From NCBI GenBank assembly GCA_047495785.1, contig JBLDXI010000007.1, forward strand, positions 4,402,001-4,466,000: DNA of 64,000 bases. Direction: 5' to 3'. Below are positions 57,803 through 64,000 of this stretch, one piece after another (within the stretch, counting starts at the first letter, position 1; each line of letters opens with the position of its first letter). The notes below the pieces were generated by a model that had not been told where the DNA came from, ran no database searches, and was given only the letters and a program-made list of their open reading frames with translations. The position numbers and the translations under genes were made by a program. This stretch comes from Lepidodermella squamata. Its lineage: Eukaryota > Animalia > Gastrotricha.

Positions 57803-60800
57803 TCAGAATAATGGATATACTGTCAGAATAATAGTGGAAACAGCGATTAATGCAGCTGTGATAAAGTCAAAAACTCGAACTACAGAGATTCTAGCCAAGC
57901 TGGTTCCACCTAAATTGTCATGACAGCAGGCCGCCAGCTGAAATAGAACTGTAACCCCTGCGAGCCACACTAAGCCGAGAGCACAATCCTCCAGATACGT
58001 TGACGATGGCGAATGTTTCGACAAATCCGATGATGCCACACTGATCGCAAATAGAATGATCATTGAAGCCAAAGGCCGTTGTGGTGAACCAGGTGCCAGG
58101 AAGAAAGAACCGGTCAGTGTCAGAGCGGAAATCCCGATCGGAGAGACCAAAGCCGCCCATTCCCACATTGCCTCGCGTTTGAAGGTCACGCTGAAAAAGG
58201 CTGCACTTGTTTTAACGCCTTGGTAGCTGAGGCTGGAAAGAAGAGCCATGTGACCCTGGTAGACCCATTCGTCTCCTATCGCTACATCCGAAGTCACAAA
58301 CTCTGGATCTGAAAACGAGATCAAGCTCATCGACCGGGTGAGGGATATGCCGAAAACGCAGGTCTGTTTCTCGAATGGATAGTAGGTCGAATCGATTTCA
58401 CAACTGGCCCGGAATGTTCCAGATTTTGAGAGGTAAAAGTTCAAGAGATAATTTTGAGATTCAGACGGAATTTCAGAAGTCGCAAACATGGTTGCTTTCA
58501 GCAGTTGATAACTCGATTCTTCAGCCGGATTGACGAACCGCACTTCAGGTTTCCAGATGGCCTTAGTATCTTCTATTTCGATAACCTGTAGGTCAGAGGA
58601 GTCTCCGGGGACTGATAAGCAGGTTTCGATCTCCCATTTCAGCAATAGCGTTCCAGTGAAGGAGACGCGTTGATTCTCTGAGTCGATTTCAACCAATCGA
58701 TCAACCCCGAAAGATGGCTTAATGGTAATCGTCGAATCCGACGGAGGCGCCAGTTGCGAGGCAGAGACATCTGAGCAACTCTCGAGAATTTCATCCATTG
58801 TCAAACAAGACAACGGAAGGTCTGCGTTGCTAGCGCTAGAATTAGCTGCGATCGACCGTTGGATCACCTGGGAGTTGGAGTTGAGTGATTGTCTCACTAT
58901 TCCCATCGCAACGTCAGTTTCTAAACAATGACTATAAGATTAACAGAAAGGAGCGAAACGAAGAGTCAAGATAACCTGGCGTCCCTTGCGAAGATGACAC
59001 CACGGTTTCTGTCATTTGAGTTACGGCGTTAGAGATGCTTCTTGTTCGCAAGCAGTTCAATTTAGATGCCTAGTTTACTTGGAATTAGATCAGAGCTACA
59101 AACGTAACGCTTAATGTTACCTGAGAAGTAGTCGCTGCGACTGTGGATGTCGAAGTCGCAGTAGTCGTAATTTTGGTCTGAAAATAATCCTATCTAGCTA
59201 ATAGCGTGCAAACTATCAATTTGTCTTACAGATGGATTGTAGGCTGTTGTTTGAGCCCATAGAAATGTTGTGCTGGGTGTTATAATCGTCGGGCATGGTG
59301 AGTTCCAGGCTGTCATCATAGGTGCTGTAGTTGGAACAATGATGGGCTTTGATGTCGAAGTTGGAGTAGCTGAGGTGGAGCTGGTAAGCGCTGAAACTGA
59401 ACTTGAGCTTGCAGTAGTTGAAGTTGACGTTGACGGAGCTGTACTAGAAGTTGTCGACGCCGAGATAGAAGTCGACGATGCCGCAGATGAAGTAGTAGTT
59501 GGGGAGGTTGGGGTTGAGCTTGAAGATGCAGTGGAGCTAGAAATCGTCGTAGTCGTTGGCGATGTGCTCAAAGTTGTTGTTGTGACTGAACTGGATTCTG
59601 TTACAGTAGTCGTTGAAGATGAGCTAGAAGTTGCAGTGGAGCTTGAAGTCATCGCTGTAGATGTTGTCGGCGAAGTTGTCGCAGCTGAACTGGACTGCGT
59701 TGTAGTCGTCGGCACTGTCGTAGAAGTTACCGTGGTCGGGCAAGTACACAACATGGCTGTTGTCGAAGGCGAGGTTGACGGCGCTGTCGTAGAAGTCGTC
59801 GCAGTTGAAGTAGGACTCGTGCTGGGCGTTGTTGTAGTCGTCGTCGACGTAGTCGGGGTTGTCGTAGTTGTCGTAGGGCTTGTAGTCGTCGTGGTCGTAG
59901 TTGTTGGGGTTGTAGTTGTTGTTGTTGTTGAACTTGAAGTAGATGTTGTTGTGCTGGTCGGAGTTGTAGTCGTTGTGGACGTTGTAGATGGCGTTGTAGT
60001 CGTAGTTGTCGTTGAGGTAGGTGTGGATGTTGTAGTTGACGTTGAAGTGCTCGGTTTAGTCGTCGTGGAAGTGGTCGAAGTCGTTGTTGTTGTTGTTGTG
60101 CTGGTCGTTGACGTAGTCGATGGCGAGCAGTCGTAAACCGCTAAGCTATGCACGTCGTTAGTATCCGAAGTCATGCCGTTGCGAGCTGCCACGCCTAGCA
60201 TCATCGTTTGCGTCGTGACTAAATTGGCGAGCGAAACTGGGAAATTGCCATTGTAAGGCCCGAAGCAGATGTTGTCAGTCAGGCACATTGAAATCTGTGA
60301 GGCCAAACAGTTAAAATCCCCCAGGTATTTACTAATGATTTCCTCACCGATAGAGAAGTTCCATTGATGACGCGGATTTGATACTGAACCACGTGATTTC
60401 GGATGATCGGGTAGGCGATAGGCGTGCAGGCGATGGTGCCCGTGGCGTTGCACCACAGAGGGAAAAGGACGTCTCCTCGCGGCGTCGTGGTTATTGTTGA
60501 GAATATCGTCGAATAGAAGCCGTTGATTGCCAGCGCGAAGCCAACAAACTGGCTCGAGTCGAGTCCGAACCCGAGTCCTGAAAGCCGAAAAAAATGAAAA
60601 AAATTAGTAATAAGTTTAACGTTTTAATCTATTACTCAAGTTTGAAGGCCGCCCGATTGATGCGTTGTTTGCGATGATGAGGGCGATTCCTTCCGATTGC
60701 CAGCCATTTGATTCCAGAATTCGAATCGTTAACTCAATGTAGAAATTGAAACTGTTGAATGGCTGTAATAAAAATTAACATAAGTGGAATGTCGTTGAAT

Positions 60801-61989
60801 TTTGGGCAAGACTACGATTCGATTCCATAAACCAGTCTCGACGTAGGTTGCCCCTTCAGATGCCAGTCGAGTCGTATTTGCTGGTTGGCCGACCAAACTC
60901 ATGCCTGTATGTGGATAGTAGTCCCAGTTGGCTGCTCGGTCGACAGCGTGATTGATCAGCGACCACGGAGGCATCAAAGTTCCACATGACTGGACTCTGC
61001 AAGTTGAAGAATATCCAAAGTAACACATCAAAATAACGAATAATCAAAACGTACTTGTTAACGGGCGGAATGTTTGAGCAGTCGTAGACCTGAACGCTCA
61101 GGATATCCTGCGTATCAGCCAAGCCACCAGACTGGCCTCCAATGCCGAGCATCATCGCCTGACCGGCTAGGTTGCTGTTCAACAGGCCGTAAAGAGTCGA
61201 AGAGCCAGTGAACGGGCCGAGGCAAGTGTTGTTGGCCAGGCACAAAGCGAGCGTGACCTTGTAGCCACCCTCGACGCGCAATTGCAGCATGATTGGCCGA
61301 TTCAGCATCCAGCTGGCTACACTGATGCCCGAGTTGCAGGTGACGACATCTCGGCCCGTGCAGCCGATGGCACTGCCGTATGGCACAGCGGTGATCCAAG
61401 AATAGAGCGAAGTCGAATAGGGCGAGATGATTGTGCCCAGGCCGATTAAAGACGCCCAATTGACAGCATACCTCGCCGCTGTAAAATCAGCCACAAAATA
61501 ATTATTAAATCGAGAGTTAATGTTACCAGAATTTCAACCTTCTGGTGGATAATTGAGACTTACTGGAAGTGAGCCGAGTTAACGAAGCATTGTTCGTCAC
61601 GAAAATTGCAATACCATCGGCGCCACTTGCCGTGCTGTTAATGTATGCCCATAATTCCAGGTAGAAATTCGTCAGAGTGAAAGGCTGTAAATTAAACAAG
61701 GTCAAGTTTCTGGTCTGGATTGGAAGTTTACACTCACTGTTTTAGCCCATAGACCAGAATTCGCCCAAGTCATTCCACTGATAGTTAGTCGACTAGCGTT
61801 GACTGGTGAATTGCTAGCATTCAAGCCCGGGTGCTGGTAGAAATCCCAATTGGCCGGGCGGTCTGTTGCGTGGTTGACCAACGAGAACTGCGGAACAAGT
61901 GTCCCGCAACGCGTTATGGCCTGAGCAACCACACCGTGCTGCCAGTTCGTAAAGATTAAGATTGAGAGATACAACGTCTGCATAAACAT
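57803..61989 (-). CDS. Gene H: two L-type lectin-like domains + long mucin-like stalk + divergent Cys-loop pLGIC subunit (class II), about 1222 aa, 10 exons
   Basis: Exons 61989-61738, 61684-61564, 61478-61055, 60996-60816, 60762-60636, 60577-60348, 60294-59230, 59177-59121, 59069-58976, 58920-57803; in frame. Cys-loop CEIDSTYYPFEKQTC; M2 PQRPLASMIILF. Confidence 0.8.
59330..60125 (-). repeat. Ser/Thr codon low-complexity tract (mucin stalk of gene H)
   Basis: (ACA/ACT/ACG)n-rich; encodes about 265 aa of T/S/P. Confidence 0.85.
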
Positions 61990-62365
61990 TCTCGAAATTC
62001 GCCTTTTTTTTTATTCGAAAACTCGCCCTCTGCTATCCCTTAGAGTCCAGGCGCCGTAAGTTCTTGGCAATGAATGAATGATTGATGATGTGTTCAAACT
62101 CATCTTGAAAGCATCCACCAAAATAGCCCTTCATCTAAGAGCTTTCGATGAAAAAGCGCGCGGAGGTTGTGCGTTGTAGCAGAAAAAGCTCTGTAAATAG
62201 CATTCGAAATTGTAACGTGGTGCGTGGTCAATTTGGTTCAACTGCCCAGACAAATTTTCATAACAAGATCCTGGATCTCAATGTTCAATACGGATCAATG
62301 AAGCGGCAGTGATCAGCATTTTCATTAAAGAGACATTTTGATTGGTTCAAGACTTGCAGAACGGA

Positions 62366-62536
62366 CAAGGTGCGAAGTAGGATCAATGGAGCTGAGAGCT
62401 GAGGTGGTTTCTACTTGTTTTCTAGGGCTAAGCTGAAGAAACCAAAGGGTCCCCCTGTGGTTTTTTTACCTATCCTCTGGTTGGATTCCCGGAGCTAGGG
62501 CGTCGCGACACCCAAGCACCGCTGTACTTTGCACTC
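62366..62536. mobile_element. hAT-type MITE, inverted copy of 333-498
   Basis: The reverse complement aligns along its length (TGTCGCGAC..GGGA.TCCAA.CAGAGGA..CCACAGGG.GACCCTTTGGTTTCTTC); flanking GAACGGA is duplicated. Confidence 0.7.
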
Positions 62537-63272
62537 GAACGGAACTGTCTTTTTTTATGTTTTGATCGGTTTGAGCTTCGATTTCATGTCACCATTCTTA
62601 GTTAAAGCTCCCTCGTTCGTGGCGCGAAAGAAACAGCACTTCAAGCAAAAAATATCCTATCATTAGCACTTCCGCGTCACGAACGCCTTGAAAATGCTCA
62701 AGTTAAACATGAATCAAACTAAATCAACGCCGAGTAGTAGCTGATTTCCATCATAATCAAAAATTTCTTCGACTTCCACTGTATCCGAAAAACCACGTTT
62801 TTTTAAATCGCAGAGTTTCTCATCTCTGAGAGCCATTGAGACCTTATGTACGCCTTCAAACTTGTCATGGACTGACTCATGCCTCAAAACTAGACATCGT
62901 TACTGCTGTCAGCGAAACCCGCATTTCTTGGCAATAAAATTGAGTAAATTTAAGATTGGCAAGGATCAAGCTAATCTCTCACCTGGCTTCGTAACCTCGG
63001 CAGAACGTAAGGCTAAATTATCTCTTTGGTCTCAAGAAATACTCTGTAAACACCTAAATGACCATTGCTTATCAGCTGGCGAGACGGGTTCTTATCAAAA
63101 GCTAAAGCGAGTACGAAACGACGTCGTTGCAGAGACAGATTACAGCATTTATTAACAAAGAAACACCTATCAAAGTGCATTTCGCGATCGAAATTCATTA
63201 TTCACCTTTGTTAAGTACTTGAAGAGGCTTATATGATAAGTTTTGTCATTCAGCTCAATTAGACATATAAAC

Positions 63273-63941
63273 ATGGTTGAATTACCAACTGATCATTGCT
63301 TAAAATTCATCCTCATTGGCGACGCTCTCTCAGGTAAGACCAGCATTCTGCGACGGTACCTGCAGGGCGATTTCGCCGAAACAGCCGAACCAGTCAGCGT
63401 CGATTACGGCGTCAAGTCCATGAAATGGAGCGAGGAAAGACAAATCTCTCTGCAAGTGTGGAAAATTGCTGGTCAGGAGCGAATTCTCGGCATGTCACAC
63501 GTCTACTATCGAGAGGTGGCCGGGGCTCTTGTCGTTGCCGATATGACGAGGCTGAAACGATCTTTACAATCCGCTCTGAGATGGAAGCGAGACGTCGAGT
63601 CGAAAACTCGCAATTCCATACCAGCAGTTTTGCTGCTGAATAAGAGCGATAGGCGGTCTCAGATGGACATCAACGTCATACAGCGATTGGACGAGTTTTG
63701 CCGGTTTCACGGTTTTCTCGGTTGGTTTGCGACTTCAGCGAAACTCAACTTGGGCATCGACGACGCGATTCGGTTTTTGGTCCGCAAAGTCCTTGACACA
63801 AGTCAGACGGCTTGCGATTTGGATGCTGATGTCGGCTTCCAGCGGCTGCGTACAAATAGCTTCCTGAACAGTGAAAATGCAACTGATTCTCGTGTCCAGC
63901 AGGTTATAGAATTGAAGCAATTTATGGCTGTTGAATCTTAG
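63273..63941 (+). CDS. Rab32/Rab38/Rab29-subfamily-like small GTPase, intronless, 222 aa
   Basis: GDALSGKTS (G1), W(K)IAGQER..M..VYYRE (G3, Rab32-like IAG), LLLNKSD (G4), GWFATSAK (G5, Rab32/38-like). Confidence 0.8.
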   Translation: MVELPTDHCLKFILIGDALSGKTSILRRYLQGDFAETAEPVSVDYGVKSMKWSEERQISLQVWKIAGQERILGMSHVYYREVAGALVVADMTRLKRSLQSALRWKRDVESKTRNSIPAVLLLNKSDRRSQMDINVIQRLDEFCRFHGFLGWFATSAKLNLGIDDAIRFLVRKVLDTSQTACDLDADVGFQRLRTNSFLNSENATDSRVQQVIELKQFMAVES

Positions 63942-64000
63942 TAAAATTGCCAGCAAAAACACTAAATAATAAATAATCATTCGCTGACGAAGTACTTTTC

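Noticed and set aside
59270-60136. 288-aa Val-rich plus-strand ORF
   Set aside because: Antisense shadow of the gene H mucin stalk.

Overview
Eukaryotic (metazoan, invertebrate-like) genomic DNA with short GT-AG introns (mostly 45-60 nt) and many nested transposons. The main feature is a cluster of six paralogous genes: A 5857-3534, B 7919-13021, C 13603-18463, E 36455-44658, F 54367-50382 and H 61989-57803. By my manual splicing, each encodes a signal peptide, one or two L-type (legume/ConA-like) lectin-like domains, a Ser/Thr-rich mucin-like stalk (about 20 to >300 aa), and a complete Cys-loop pentameric ligand-gated ion channel (pLGIC) subunit. The channel part lacks the neurotransmitter aromatic box, has a very short M3-M4 loop and lies in one intron-free exon. 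I know of no described family with this architecture; it suggests glycan-sensing or glycan-tethered ion channels. Lectin and channel modules appear shuffled between paralogues, and there are two channel classes with different pore signatures. Also present: a 1747-aa secreted PAN/discoidin/LamG/F-type multi-lectin gene, a prolyl 4-hydroxylase alpha-like gene, an intronless Rab32/38-like gene with an altered G3 motif, and many LINE, MULE, hAT, Tc1/mariner, Harbinger, piggyBac-like and TRIM-like elements, several with recognisable TSDs. All exon structures and domain calls are by eye; no searches were run.
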